64,000 nt of DNA. Source: Epiperipatus broadwayi (Eukaryota; Animalia; Onychophora). The stretch is from the NCBI GenBank assembly GCA_028023455.1, contig JAQFVV010000009.1, positions 868,001 through 932,000 of the forward strand, given 5' to 3'. Below the pieces are notes generated by a model. It was not told the origin of the DNA. It saw only the letters and a list, made by a program, of their open reading frames with translations, and ran no database searches. The translations under genes and the position numbers were made by a program. Below, in pieces: positions 1 through 13,024 of this stretch (the stretch's first letter is position 1; each line of letters starts with the position of its first letter).

Positions 1-844
1 GAAAATGTGGATACACAAAATGTTAAGAACACTAGTAAATAATAGTAAATTTGTTTATCATTTTGGTGTTTCAATAATAAACTAGGGCGCAACAGAATTT
101 TTTTCATATACAATTATTTCAAGCTTGAAATCTTTGGTTAAAACATTTCATGAAATGGTTAGAAAATTATTGTATTAATAAAATGTTAATTATTTTATAA
201 GTGTAAAAAAATGTTTTAATGATTTTTTTATAATAGTGGGGACATGAAAGTTTATGTGTGCTGTCAATAAACAGAATATATATAATTAAATTATTAAATA
301 CACTAATAAATAATTATAACAAAATATGAAACAATATGCTATCTATAGTATATAATACGAAACTGGTGTTACTGCACTGCAAGATAGTTATTGTATCATA
401 AAAGTTTAATCAGGACTTTTGAAATGCCATGACTCTGACAGAAAACTCTTCTTGCTATTTGGACTGTCTGCAAACTTAATAACAAGCACTATATCATTAT
501 TCTATTTTATATTATTCATAATTACATCTCTGCCACATGATTTTTTAGCTCTTTTATAGAATGATAAACTTAAATTGTCAAAAGTTTTTGAAACAAAGTT
601 CCACCTATTTTTTGGTTCTTAAAACATCACAGATTTATTTAGCAATTTGTTCAATTGTTTTTATTCATTTTTCCTTTCACTATTAAAAATGAAATTACAT
701 ATTATTTATTAAATTTTTGGAAAGATTTATTTAAATAGAATTATAATTTCTATTGGATTTTTTTGTATTTACTAATGCATTTATTGTTAGCAACATAATA
801 CCTTTAGTGAATGGTAATCTGACTACAAAATAAATAATATATAT

Positions 845-3015
845 TATAACGATCCAGAGAAGGACTTAACGTAATCTGCACTACAGGACGCCATCTAGGC
901 ATTTGAACCTAGAAAAATTTATAAAGTAGGTAGATACGTAAGTCAAAAAATTTTTTTATTTATTTTATTTATATATTTTGATATCCGGTCGTTAGCCCAA
1001 ATCACTAGCTCAGGGAGTAGCAGAGATTTAATAATATAATATCTTATCTAATTATATTTCAATATTAAAAAATAAATAAAATAAGCCACTGCCAGTAATT
1101 AACATACAAAAATTTATTTACGCACATATATATATAAGATTTAACATTATTATTTTAATATGTTTACTTTAACATTTAACATTATTTTTACTTTTATTTT
1201 AGATTTTTAATTTACATTTTAAATTTTATACTATTATTAGTTCGCACAGATTTGTTTAAAAATGTTGAGTATAGATCGGTTACATAGATTCCACGGTCAA
1301 AAACATTTCAAAATAAACATAAACGATCAAAATACAAAATCATTGATACCGTCAATTGCAGAGGGAAATTTATAAGTAACCCAATAGCATTCACCATAAG
1401 ATGCTTGCATTAACACCAATAACTTAAAAGACATCCGAATAAATACATTTTAGATACTCACCGTAAGGTATCAGTATTTACCGAATGTCTATATATATTT
1501 TGATCGAATATGAAAACCAAAAACATAATCAACCGGTAACGAACCCATGCAAGCGTCTATACCCAACTTAAATTTAATGCATCTTTATTTAGAGTGTCGA
1601 GTATGAATAGACTACATAGATTTGCATTTGAAAAGAACATATTCAATCCTTGTTTAACCTTAGGCCAAAGGTTCGCAGTCAAACCAAACTTCAATCCATC
1701 TGATATATCGATGTGTTCAATGTAATACGAATACGGCAGCACAATTAGGTTAAGAGAAGAAACTGCTTCTCGTCAGATAGGAATATTACATCTATCTGAC
1801 GATGAGAGCAATAAAAAAAACTCCATAGGAAGGAACTGCAGTCTCCATCTTATAATTCCTCCCATAGGCAAAACGAGTGTGTGCGGTGTATAATAGCGAT
1901 TCTGCCCATAGCGAATCTCGTACTACATCTACTAATTACACCAATATATCCAATCCATTGACCTAATTCAACTACGAAACGAATAACCTAAGATTACCCT
2001 CCCCTAATATAACTTTACAAATCTATATAGCCATTCACGCCCGACTTAAGTTTAATATTTATATAACTAGTTTAATGAAAAACAGAAATCATAATAAAAC
2101 TTAAAGAACAAATAAATAAATAAATGGAAATGATTTTACAAAAGAAATACATTAAATAAAATTATAACTAATTAATAAATAACGTTGGTCAGATAGGATT
2201 CTATTTCTTAATTATTTTAAATACGGAAAGTTTTTAATTTAATGTTCATTAATTATAAAGTTCTTACGGTTTAAAACAGTTCATCTTTATCTGTTGCTTG
2301 CCATTTGAACATGAATTCCCATGCCGTCCTAAAAAGATTGGTTGAGTTAGCCGTTGTTTTTTTATTTATTTATCCGGAGGTCTTTTAGTTTAGTTGGTCC
2401 TTAATGTAGAAAAAAAAACGATGTCATTTCTCTTTTTTTTTTTTTAACAAAACTGAAGGGATTGAAGAGTGCGTCTTTTCAATCCCTTCTCCTTCAACTC
2501 CACACTAACACATATAGTCACATCGTAATAACTAATTAACTCTTTTATTTTCAAACCTTTCCTTTTATAATAATTTTGTGGATTAACTCAACATTACGTC
2601 ATGATGGTGAAAACCTTTTCGTTGAGGTCCGATTTCCCGATGGATTTCTTTCATTTGCTAAAAGTTTCTATTGTTTTCCTATCTGACCGATGCTTATACT
2701 TTTAAATGCCCAAAGGCTAGTTTACTAATTAAAATAATCATTTCCATTTTACAAAAGATTAATTAATTTGTTTTCAAACTTAAACATATATTTTTATCTC
2801 TAAATCTTTTCTGAAAATTTAGTTTTAAACTACTCTTTTTTTAATAAAGTTTTATTTTAATAATTATTTATCTGTGCGATTTTATATATATGCGAGTTTA
2901 AGATGATTTTTTAATTTTCAGTTTTTAATTCTTAAAAAAAGAAATTTTTATTGGCGAACTTTTTTTTTTTGTTTACTAATAAAAAATAATGTAACATACG
3001 TATGTGCCCGTTACA
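845..3015. mobile_element. Solo-LTR-like (or TGT..ACA DNA-transposon-like) insertion, 2.17 kb
   Basis: Starts TATAACG (likely decayed TGTAACG) at 845 and ends CGTTACA at 3015. ATAT flanks both sides (841-844, 3016-3019) as a 4-bp TSD. The interior retains many CpGs, unlike the flanks. No ORF, PBS or PPT recognised. Confidence 0.55.
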
Positions 3016-3662
3016 ATATATATAATGTAGCTTTGTTACTGGATTCTGAGGAACTATTATTTGAGCTTTATGCACTAATGAGATAGAATTTTCTGTGGAA
3101 TCCATAATATTATCAAAACCTGAATTGTATTTTACAATTTAGAAACTAATTTGTAATGCAGATAAACAACGTAAGCTTTATATTATGACCTACATATAGC
3201 ATATTACTTTGACATGTTTGATAAATGTGTGTATTATATATATATGTGTGTGTGTGTGTGCCAGCAAAGTAATACTAATAATGCACATCTGAAACATTGG
3301 TTTCCTCTCACGATTTACATATATGTATGTTTAAAGGAAGAAAAAATATAAAATAGTATGCTTACATATATATATGTAGTACTGATTGTGAACATATAAT
3401 ATTATTTTATTTTTAAAACTCTTTCTCATTATAATTTAATTAAATACAAACTTTTTATTATTGAAATAAACTTTTGAAACATTTAAAAATATAAAAATAA
3501 CATACATTAAAGACATTGCCTAAGATATATATCCAAAATTTTCATTGTTATAAAAAACAATTGAATTATAAACAAAGAGCTTTGATAATTGCTCTACAAG
3601 CTTTGTGATAAATGCTTAGCAAGAGAAAACATTTAAAATATCTATCAGAAACCAAACTCAAA

Positions 3663-3704
3663 CTCCTGGCCAATGGTTTCGTGCTTTGGCACTCCTCAAA
3701 AAGG
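3663..3704 (-). ncRNA. Type I hammerhead motif, family A, degenerate
   Basis: CCTTT-TTGAGGA-GTGC CAAA GCAC-GAAA-CCATTGG-CC-AGGAG; C3 and U16.1 altered. Confidence 0.6.
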
Positions 3705-4092
3705 CGCTAGGGTAGTTTCTGACACTAGATCTAAAAATACCAACCCAAAGCCAGCATTTATCTAAGAGTTAACCATTGAGTAGAAAATCGGAAATTTTCA
3801 GACACTTAAATGTCTTCAAACCCAGCTATCTAACTCAAATATCTATATGGGGCTGAGAGATCTTCATCCAAACCATATATTAATAGTCTTAGCAATGTAA
3901 CATCACTTAAAACTTAAAGAAAAAACTATAAATAGTCAATAATAAATAGAGTCATATATCACATGACCCCCATTTCTTTTTTAAGCTTGTAAAATATAAA
4001 CAAAGAGCTTTGCTAATTGCTCAACAAGCTTTGTGATAAATGCTTAGCAAGAGAAAACATTTAAAATTTCTCTATCAAAAACCACACCCAAA

Positions 4093-4134
4093 TTCCTCAT
4101 CAATGGTTTCATGCTTTGGCACTCCTCAGAGAGG
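4093..4134 (-). ncRNA. Type I hammerhead motif, family A, cleavage site mutated
   Basis: CCTCT-CTGAGGA-GTGC CAAA GCAT-GAAA-CCATTGA-TG-AGGAA; G at position 17. Confidence 0.6.
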
Positions 4135-4179
4135 TGCTAGAGTAGTTTTTTAGATCTAGTGTCTGAAACTACTCCAGCA

Positions 4180-4221
4180 CCTCTCTGAGGAATGCCAAAG
4201 CATGAAACCATTGATCAGGGG
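4180..4221 (+). ncRNA. Type I hammerhead ribozyme, family A, core intact
   Basis: CCTCT-CTGAGGA-ATGC CAAA GCAT-GAAA-CCATTGA-TC-AGGGG. Stem I CCTCT/AGGGG, stem II ATGC/GCAT, cleavage triplet ATC, one stem III mismatch. Confidence 0.75.
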
Positions 4222-4595
4222 TTTGGGTGTGGTTTTTGATATAGATATTTTAAATGCTTTCTCTTGCTAAGCATTTATCACAAAGCTTGTTGAGAAAATA
4301 GCAAAGCTCTTTGTTTATATTTTACAGCTCAAAAAAGAAATGCTCATGTGATATGTGACTCTATTTTTTTATTTTTTATTGACTGTTTATAGTGTCTTTG
4401 CTTTAAGTCTTAAGTGATGTTATATTGCTAAGACTACTAATATATGGTTTGGCTGAAGATCTCTCAGCCCCACATAAATATTTAAGTTAGATAGCTGGGT
4501 TTGAAGACATTTAAGTTTTGAAAATTTTAGATTTTCTACTCAATAGTTAACTCTTGGATAAATGCTGGCTTCTAGTGCCTGAAATTATCCTAACA

Positions 4596-4637
4596 CTTCT
4601 CTGAGGAGTTCCAAAGCACAAAATCATTGGTCAGGAG
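4596..4637 (+). ncRNA. Type I hammerhead motif, family A, degenerate
   Basis: CTTCT-CTGAGGA-GTTC CAAA GCAC-AAAA-TCATTGG-TC-AGGAG; G12 to A at a former CpG. Confidence 0.6.
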
Positions 4638-6261
4638 TTTGAGAGTAGTTTTTGATAGAGATATTTTAAATACTTTCTCTTGCTAAGCATTTATCACAAA
4701 GTTTGTTGAGCAATTAGCAAAGCTCTTTGTTTATATTTTACAAGTTTAAAAAAAGAAATGTAGTCATGTGATATATGACTTTTTTATTGACTACAATTGA
4801 CTTATTGTTTACAATCACATAATTTTCAGCATAAGTTTCAGTCAATTCAAAAAAATCTTGGAAATTAGCATGAATCACAATTGTTGAGATTTAACTTAAA
4901 AGATTGTTTATTTTTATTTAGAAAACAACTTTCAAAATAATAATTTTTTTAATTATTTATTTAAATTACTTTACATCTTTTTTTAAAATCTAAATTAAGT
5001 AATACACTTTAACTTATGTTTTATGTGTTATAAATTAAAAAGAATAATGTTTAAAAGCAAATTCTGTTTATTCTATTCTAATCCTTCCATCTAATGTATG
5101 CTTGAGCAATCAGTAGTTGGCAGATAGTAGTGCTATTAAGTCAATATGCAGTACTATCATCCATATCCTCAGACTAGTTTCTGATGTATGATATTAATCA
5201 ATAAAAACTTGATCTTGTATGTAATGCACCTGAATTACTGACAAAGGCCATAATTCAGAAATTAGGCTGCAGATATGGACCGAATTTTCCAATAATAAAT
5301 CATGAAAAAAATACTAATGTGACATATATGTGCTTATACACTATGGATGTGAATGCAATTTACTTTTTTTTGCATAATAATGTTTTTAATTCTTTTAAGT
5401 TGTAAAACCTTTCACTACTTTTCAAGATGGTTTCTTTGGAACTTAATTAATCATTGATATTTATAATTATCACATGATTTAAAAAAAAATTAAAATTATT
5501 GATTTAGTTTATATGATTCATTAGCAGAGAATCTTCATATTAATAAAAGTTGTTTTCACAGAATATTTTTTCTCTATTTATTGCTTAAAAAATATAGTAA
5601 CTAATTAATCAAAATCATGCAATAAATTTATTATTTTTCGAAACTGAAAGTCATAAAAATAAATGCATTCTCTAATTATAAATAAAAAAAGTGTCTGAGT
5701 AGTATTGAATATATGTAAGCTATTACTCCCTAACATATAGTGCTTTATATATTTAAATATTTAACTTAACATTATAATATTAACTGTAAAGTTATATCTT
5801 TTTCAAGTTATTTGTTTTATTTTGTGTTTTTTTTCTTCATATTTTTCTAAGCTTCCTTAACATTTTCTTTCTCAAATAGTCTTAAAATCAGTATCTTTTT
5901 ATTTATTTATTATATTAATTTCTGATCATTACCTATTGATCTATTTTTTAATATTTATTTGTTTTATATTAAAATGTATAAGGAAAATAATATTATCAAT
6001 AATTTACATAAATGCATTTTCTTTTCATTTGTATTTTTTGTATCTTTTTATAATTTTCATATTCTTTTTTTTGCTACTATTTATCATATTTTTATCTATA
6101 TACATGTCACCTTATATCCTTTCTATTAAATTTTTTTATTTAAGTTACAATATCTGTTTTTTGGTTTGTTTGTTTGTAAACTCATAGTTAAAAATAAAAT
6201 TTTAAAATAGAGCTTTAAGAGATTTAAATTTGGTACATAAGAAAGAAATAACTGGCAAAAC

Positions 6262-6985
6262 AATATGGGGCTATAATATTTTAGGTAAGTATCCTAGTTT
6301 CTTAGATTTCAATCAGTGGGCATAGAAATTTTGATATCAAATCTACAATTTATTTTTAGAATTTTAATATGTTTTAAGAAAGGCTTATAAGAGGACAGTA
6401 TATATTTTTTTTGGTTTCAATTTAAAGTTGTAGTAACATTTTAAAATCCAGATTCAATAGATTTAAATTCAACATAATTTGTTGAAATTTTGTACAAATT
6501 TTAAAATCACTACCAAAGTGATAGGGCATTATAATATTTTAGATGGGTGATCAACTTTCTTAGATATGGAGCACTGGATGGGAAAATATCAAATTTAAAA
6601 ATTATTTTTAGAATTTCAATATATTTTAAGTAATTCACATGGTTTTCTTGATTTCAGTTTTAAACTTGTACACATACTAAATATGATATATGCATAAGGA
6701 GTACACATATTAACTTAAGGCAAAAATATCTAATGATATATCAAATTGATTTAAAATAAAACCATACATATTAAGTGAAGTTCATTCACAATATAGTTTT
6801 GGTAAGCTTTTTTTTTTTTTAAAAAAAGAAAAATTTCCAATCAAAGCAAAAATGTCAAACATTTTTCATATAAAAAGATATTTCATATTTTTAGTCACTT
6901 AATGATTTATTATAAACATATATCATTATATACACATACCAAATATGATATATACATAAGGAAGGTACCTATTAACTTATAGCAG
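6262..6985. repeat. Old degenerate local direct duplications (about 260 bp spacing)
   Basis: 6262-6378 resembles 6522-6628, and 6668-6720 resembles 6931-6985. Confidence 0.45.
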
Positions 6986-7360
6986 AACAAATATAAACAT
7001 CAAGTTGATATAAAGTACAATATAGTTTTACATTTTTATTTATTATGCCAATACTAAAAAGTTAAAAATAAATAGAAGTAAAAGAATTTTTTAATATTAA
7101 GTGCTTTTATTTTCCATGCATTAAAAAGTAAAAAAATAATTGTTTCTTCAACCATAATTGAGGTTTTTAGATTTAAATCAAAATAAAATCTTGAGAGAGA
7201 ATCCATAAATTAATTAAGTCATTACTGTATCACTATTGGACAATACTCTTTCAGATTCCTTCATTATGCCTCTTTTTAGAAGAACCAGTATCAGTCTTGC
7301 CCTTGAAAAGATTCTCATTTATTTTTCTACCTAGTTTTCTCATTTTTTAAAAATACATTA

Positions 7361-7690
7361 TTGTAATTATATAGAAGGTAATCATCCCTCTTTACTAGCA
7401 CTATTAAACAATTATGTTAAAATTGCAAGGATACTCTCACCTCAATCACAAGATAGAGACTTTGAGAAAATAAGAATGACTCTTATTTTCAAACTCAAAT
7501 ATGAACCAGTCTTAGGTATCTAGAAATGAGAGTGTAAATTTATAAATCATTTGAGTTTGAAAATAAGATGGTCTTTCTTATTTTTTCAAAGTCTCTATTT
7601 TATGACTGGCCTGAGAGTATCCTTGCAGTTTTAAGATCACTGTTTAATGGCACTAGTGGGAAGGGATGATTACCTTCTATCTAATTACAA
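7361..7690. repeat. Foldback / inverted duplication, about 330 bp
   Basis: Left arm TTGTAATTATATAGAAGGTAATCATCCCT... to about 7500 matches the reverse complement of about 7550-7690. No TSD seen. Confidence 0.75.
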
Positions 7691-8287
7691 TCTAAACACT
7701 GAGCTAGTAAAATTCATTGATTATTACATAAAGTAGATAATTAATTCTATTTTACAAATAGCTAGATTTCTCTACCATTCTTCATTTCCATTCTTGAAAA
7801 ATAAATTATTAAATCTATAATTTAAAATATTATTAAAAACAGTCAAATAATTACAATATATACAGTATTTTTTTTTATTCTTAATATCCATAGCCCAATA
7901 CCATTTATCAATTATTTAATTTACCTAAATTCAAATAGTATATAACAATCCAAATATTATTACCAAATCTTTTTTTGTTGTTTAAATGAAACTTTTAATT
8001 ATTTTTTTATACTCATTTATATATTTGAAAGAAGGCATTTAAACAATTTTAAATACATATTTTCAATCCGAATCAAATTTTAAACGAACTCTTTAAAAAG
8101 AAGAAACAAGATCTGTTTTCTTATATAATTAAAATTAATGCTAACATAAATTAAGTCGAAATTAAAGTTACTTTTTTAAAATTAATTTAAAAGAAGAAAA
8201 CCTACAAATCTTTCACCTCCCCTTTCATGATTTAAAAAATTTACAAATATAAATAAAATATAAATATATTTGATTGAATACAAGTAT

Positions 8288-8980
8288 AATATGGATTTGA
8301 ACACAGAACTTTCAAGCTCTCTTCAGCCATATTTTTTATCTTATACAATGATGCACACATGTGAAAAAAATAAATGATCTCCAATAATCGTAATTCGTGC
8401 TGAATCAGCAGTTATCAGTTGGTCCAAATTATCATCTCCCATACATATATATAATCAGTGCTCAGTTTATATTAAGATAGCAAATATTCAAACTTTAATG
8501 GACAGGCTTCAATCTATTCCACCCTCCAACTTTTCAGTCATCCATACCATTGAAATTCTGATGGTGGAACACCCAAGTACCTTCTTGATACCACATTACT
8601 GTCATGCCCATATTGATCTTAGAGTGATTTAAGGCAATATGGCCATGACAATAATATTGGCAACAACAAGGGATTTGGTGTTTCATCAACAGATTTTTAA
8701 TGATATAGATAGCTGAAGAGTTAAAGGATGGCATAGATTGCAGCCTGTCCATTAAAATATGAAGATTTTCTATCTTAATATAAATTGGTACTGATTATAT
8801 ATGTGTGTGAGGGAAATGATGATTTGGATTAACTGATAAGGGCTGGTTCAGTATGAAATACATATATTGGAGATTATTTATTTTTCACATGTGTATGGCC
8901 ATGTGTATCAGTTGAATGAGATAGAGCAGATAACTGAAGGGAGCTTTAAAGTCTGTATTCAAATCCTTTATAATATAAAG
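8288..8980. mobile_element. Family D hammerhead repeat, inverted pair
   Basis: - copy at 8288-8570 and + copy at about 8650-8980, homologous to 19.2-19.9 kb, 42.4 kb and 61.1 kb. Degenerate hammerhead cores at about 8381-8425 (-) and 8828-8871 (+). Confidence 0.8.
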
Positions 8981-9779
8981 ACATAAATTTAAAAATAATA
9001 TATAGTTATCTACAAAAGATAATATATAGTCAGAAGGCATCTAAAAACAATATTCGTAATATATTTAAATTATAAAGTTTTTTTAATTAATTCATATCAC
9101 ATAAATATATATAACTGTGGCAGAATATTTTTTAGCAAAAGTTCTTTCCATTATGAGGAGCTTCTTAATTTGGGATGATATTTCAAAGATATGTATATGT
9201 ACTTTATTTATTTCATTTTTTTTTTAATGTTAAGATAAAATGTCATATATAAGCTTCCTTGGCCTCCTCTAGCTTATAGTTTTGTTAATGTACATTGCTG
9301 AAATACTGGCTTGTTCATTATTATTATGAGCTAAAAAAATTTAAAAAATAGCATTTCAAGTTAATACAAATATTGGATCCAAAATAGACTTCAGGTAATC
9401 AGTGGCTTTTTTTAGACACTAAACTTAATCAAAGTTCAAAGAGCATTCATAAAGTAGAATCAAGAGTTAAGAATTGGGAATGATTTTCTAAAGAAAATCT
9501 ACTTTTATATATATATATGATCTCTGTTTTTTATAATCTTAATGACCTCTTTTTTTCATAATTATAGATACCTTAATTCTATAAGTAATGTTAATATGTT
9601 TCCCAACAAATGTTTAAACTTTATTTTATAATTTAACTAATAATTAGGAGCAAACACAACATTAATACTCAATAGTTAATATGAAAATTCATAATTTACA
9701 TATTTTACTTTCAGAACAAGGCTCTACAAGAGTTTTTTTGTTTATTACATGGATGTTATTAGCAATAAACTATGCCTCT

Positions 9780-11700
9780 TTAAATTTTCTTTTTTAATCA
9801 TTGTGCTCTGCACATACTATTTTAATATTCCATGGATCAAAATCATGGTCAGATTCCATTTGATACTCCAGAAACACTGACTTTACATTGGAATCTTTCT
9901 TTTTATGAGAATACATATACTGATGTTGTACCAGCCTAAAGGCATTGTTTATATGCAATTTCCCATAGTAGAGTGCTTTGCAATTAGGTTTATTGCAGAT
10001 GATTTTTGTAAAATAATCTGGAGAGGCTGCTCTGGAGACAATCTGTTCTTCATATTAAAGCTGACATTAAATGAATCAGCACATATATTCTTTAACCATC
10101 ATGATAAACTAGGCATGGAGAGAGATCCACTTAATCATGTTGTCATATTCTGGAGGGTGTGTATTTAATGTAGAATAGAACTTCTTAAAAGCTTAAATGA
10201 AATGTTATACTTATAGCCTATATTAAGCAAATCTTTAATGTAAATTTCAATGTTATTATTTCAATATGCCTCATACTTGCACAAGATTTGATTTTTATTA
10301 GAAGAAACCTATAAAATCAGCCAGCTGGTGTGAGATGAAATTGCACAACTGAGAATATACTGTTTCATGAATAATAAAAGGTTTGATCATTATTTTATAG
10401 TTTATCTCATTGCCAGATCTTTGAATGTAAATATCCAAGAATCTTACTTCCATGCACTCATCTTATATTTTATAGACCATAATAAAAATGCGTCTGCATT
10501 AAATCATTTCATATTTTATTAATATTATCCTCTGATGCGCAAATTAATACATTATCTACATAGCACATATAAAATGAATTATTCACCAAAGAAATATATT
10601 TGGGAGTAATTGTTTCTTCATATTTATTTAACATTATGCTATAGAGTAGCATCATAGGCCAGCCATGCTCCAAATTTGTTGTTAGATAGCACAGTATGTC
10701 ACTATCAATACAACTCAGGGCATCAGTAACAAACTCAGTCTTGCTCTGATTAAAACCCAAATTTCTTAATACTTTGTGGAGTATATCTATAGAGCTTTGG
10801 CATGATATTCAACTGTATGGCTCAACTATATCAAGCAAAGCAAGTTTAGACTGAGAACTCAGTTTGTGTACATTTAGCAGTCACACATAAACAAGTGTTT
10901 AATTGTGAAGCATAGACAATGAGCCATTCAGCTATCAGTTTCACTGTCTTGTAAAAATAAGCACTCCAAAATCTATTAACAGTTTGAAGGAGTTATTTAC
11001 TTTGTGAATTTTTACATTTTCAAAAATTCTAGAGGAAATAGCAGCTATTGGGTAAATCCTACAATATTCTGCTTTGCTGATAGTCTTATTCTGATGCTTT
11101 CTCAATATGGATATTATGAATTTATCTTTCATTTATTTCAAATTGTAAGTTTCTATTAGTTTAAATTTTAATTTATCAATTTGCTAATTGACTTTAAACT
11201 TATATTAATCATTAGTTAACACAATGAATCGTTCACCTTATCTTCTTTCACACATCTAATTTGATTAGTTTGCAAGTAATTTTTAATTGTTTGTATATTC
11301 TTTATCCATGTGTTTTCTTTAGTTTCAGTTGTATGGGGAAATGCTTGTATCACTTTGCTCTCCAAACCGTCTTTTAAAAAAACTATGTTCATAACTAGCC
11401 TCTATGTCAGCTATTACTTCCATACAAGGGTTTTACCCTTACCCCCAACAAACTTTAGACTGAATTTAAGCAATTGCTTTACATTTCTGGGGAGATAATG
11501 GTTTGTTAAATTAATACACTTTACACTGGTTTCATTATCTATTACCATTCCCTGCCTTTTTGCCAAAAATATAAAAAAAAATTTATCATATTTTATACAC
11601 AACTTATTTGCTATATTTTGGCATTTTTTATTTAAGCTTTCAGGGATACTAAAACTTTTCCCTATATTCTTCATTCTATATAGTTCTGTTTTCAGGGCCC
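9780..11700 (-). pseudogene. Disrupted PLE ORF (reverse transcriptase plus GIY-YIG endonuclease)
   Basis: ORF-track fragments 11414-11674, 10941-11132 and 10509-10760 carry PLE RT motifs. Many stops and frameshifts; boundaries approximate. Confidence 0.8.
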
Positions 11701-12208
11701 TCTTACACCCTTGAAGAATCCCTCAAATTAATTATATTTATTAATAATCTAGAAATGTTACCTTTGATGTATAGATTGACTTATATGTATACTACAACAA
11801 TGGCCAAGACTTGATCAGAAAACATTTCACAAGAAATTCGACTCTTTCTCTTCTGACAGTTATTGCTTTTAGTATTTTCAATGCTGTATTATACTTATTA
11901 TATTTATTCATAAAATTCTATAATCTAATTTTGCTTTTTTTCTTTAGCTATATAATTCTATAAGAAGTGTTAATATGCTTCCAAAGAAAAGATTAAAGTT
12001 TATTTCACAATGTAATTAATAACTTGCTGAACAGTGCTTTCAACCTGGAAGGTCATAATCATAGTGCTCAAAGCTATCAGCTAAAACCTTAGAAAAAAAC
12101 ATGTTGATGGTTAATATGTAAGTTCGTAATTTATCCCACTTTCAGGACAAGACTTTACAAGAGTCTTTTTTTATCATGTGGATGTTATTAGCAATAAACA
12201 ATGCCTCT

Positions 12209-12313
12209 GTCAAGCATTAGTGATCGAGAGGTCAGCGACAGCTGCTTTACAAGTGGTTGTCCTGGGTTGGCGGGTTCACTTCCCGGCTGATGCTATGACA
12301 CATGAGAAAAACA
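12209..12313 (+). mobile_element. Short tRNA-derived SINE nested in the PLE pseudo-LTR
   Basis: 13-bp TSD AAACAATGCCTCT (12196-12208, 12314-12326). A-box-like GATCGAGAGGTC, B-box-like GGTTCACTTCC, A-rich tail. A second copy lies at 14.3 kb. Confidence 0.8.
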
Positions 12314-13024
12314 AAACAATGCCTCTAAATTTTTTTTTCTAATTGTTGTACTCTGCACACAATATTTTAATACTCCATGGGATTGAAATTATGACCAGAT
12401 TTTATTTGATAATCCAAAATCACTGCACATTGAAATTTTTCTTTGTGTGAGAATACATGATGTACCTTAATTACATTTAATTATAAGATATTTTAGTTGT
12501 TTAATTAATTAAATTTTTATCTTGGAGTACTAATTATACCTTGTTTTTTTTATTTTATTGTTTCCAAACACAAAAATGCAACCTTAAAATTAAATCTTAA
12601 TCTTTTTATTCTCCTTTTTTTTTTTTATAGATCTATTATTATTATTTTATTAATATATGTTAATTATGTTATTTTGAAGTAAACACATACCAAGAAATTC
12701 AACACATTTTTTTAAAAACACATTTTTTTTAAAAAATCTTAATTTCTAATAAGAAAAACAAGCTATACTATTTTAATCTATTGCGAAATATTATTATTTA
12801 CTTTTCTTCTTAAAACTTTAATTTTTCATTTTTTACTAATGAAATCTATTATCTTATTTTTTAAAAAAATTATTATAAAATATTATTTTAATAACCTCTT
12901 TAATAAAGAATTACAATGCTATTTTTTATTATCCAGCCCCACAATTACTGTTGACCAGCTCTTTGATGTGTGTGCAATATTACTGATTGAAAAAATTATG
13001 AATGACATTTTGTCAGATTGTTTT

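Larger units (their letters stand above)
3565..4792. mobile_element. Hammerhead-bearing tandem/inverted retroelement, family A (unit about 420-430 bp)
   Basis: About 1.4 units on - (repeat marker at 3568 and 3996), an inversion at about 4148, then about 1.5 units on + (markers 4301 and 4717). Candidate TSD ACAATTGA at 3557-3564 and 4793-4800. Contains four hammerhead motifs. Confidence 0.85.
9530..12460 (-). mobile_element. Penelope-like retroelement (PLE), decayed, with pseudo-LTR
   Basis: Minus-strand fragments in PLE order: INLTNHYLP.NVKQLLKFSLKF (N-terminal NLS..L..GL.F-like motif), KEDKVN (ADKG-like), SRIFENVKIHK (PRxYGLPKIHK-like), MLNKYEETI..YMCYVDNVLI (RYVDD-like), RFLDI, NIGYK, and KIICNKPNCKALYYG (GIY-YIG-like). 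The 3' end (9530-9917) is repeated upstream at about 11922-12458. Confidence 0.85.
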
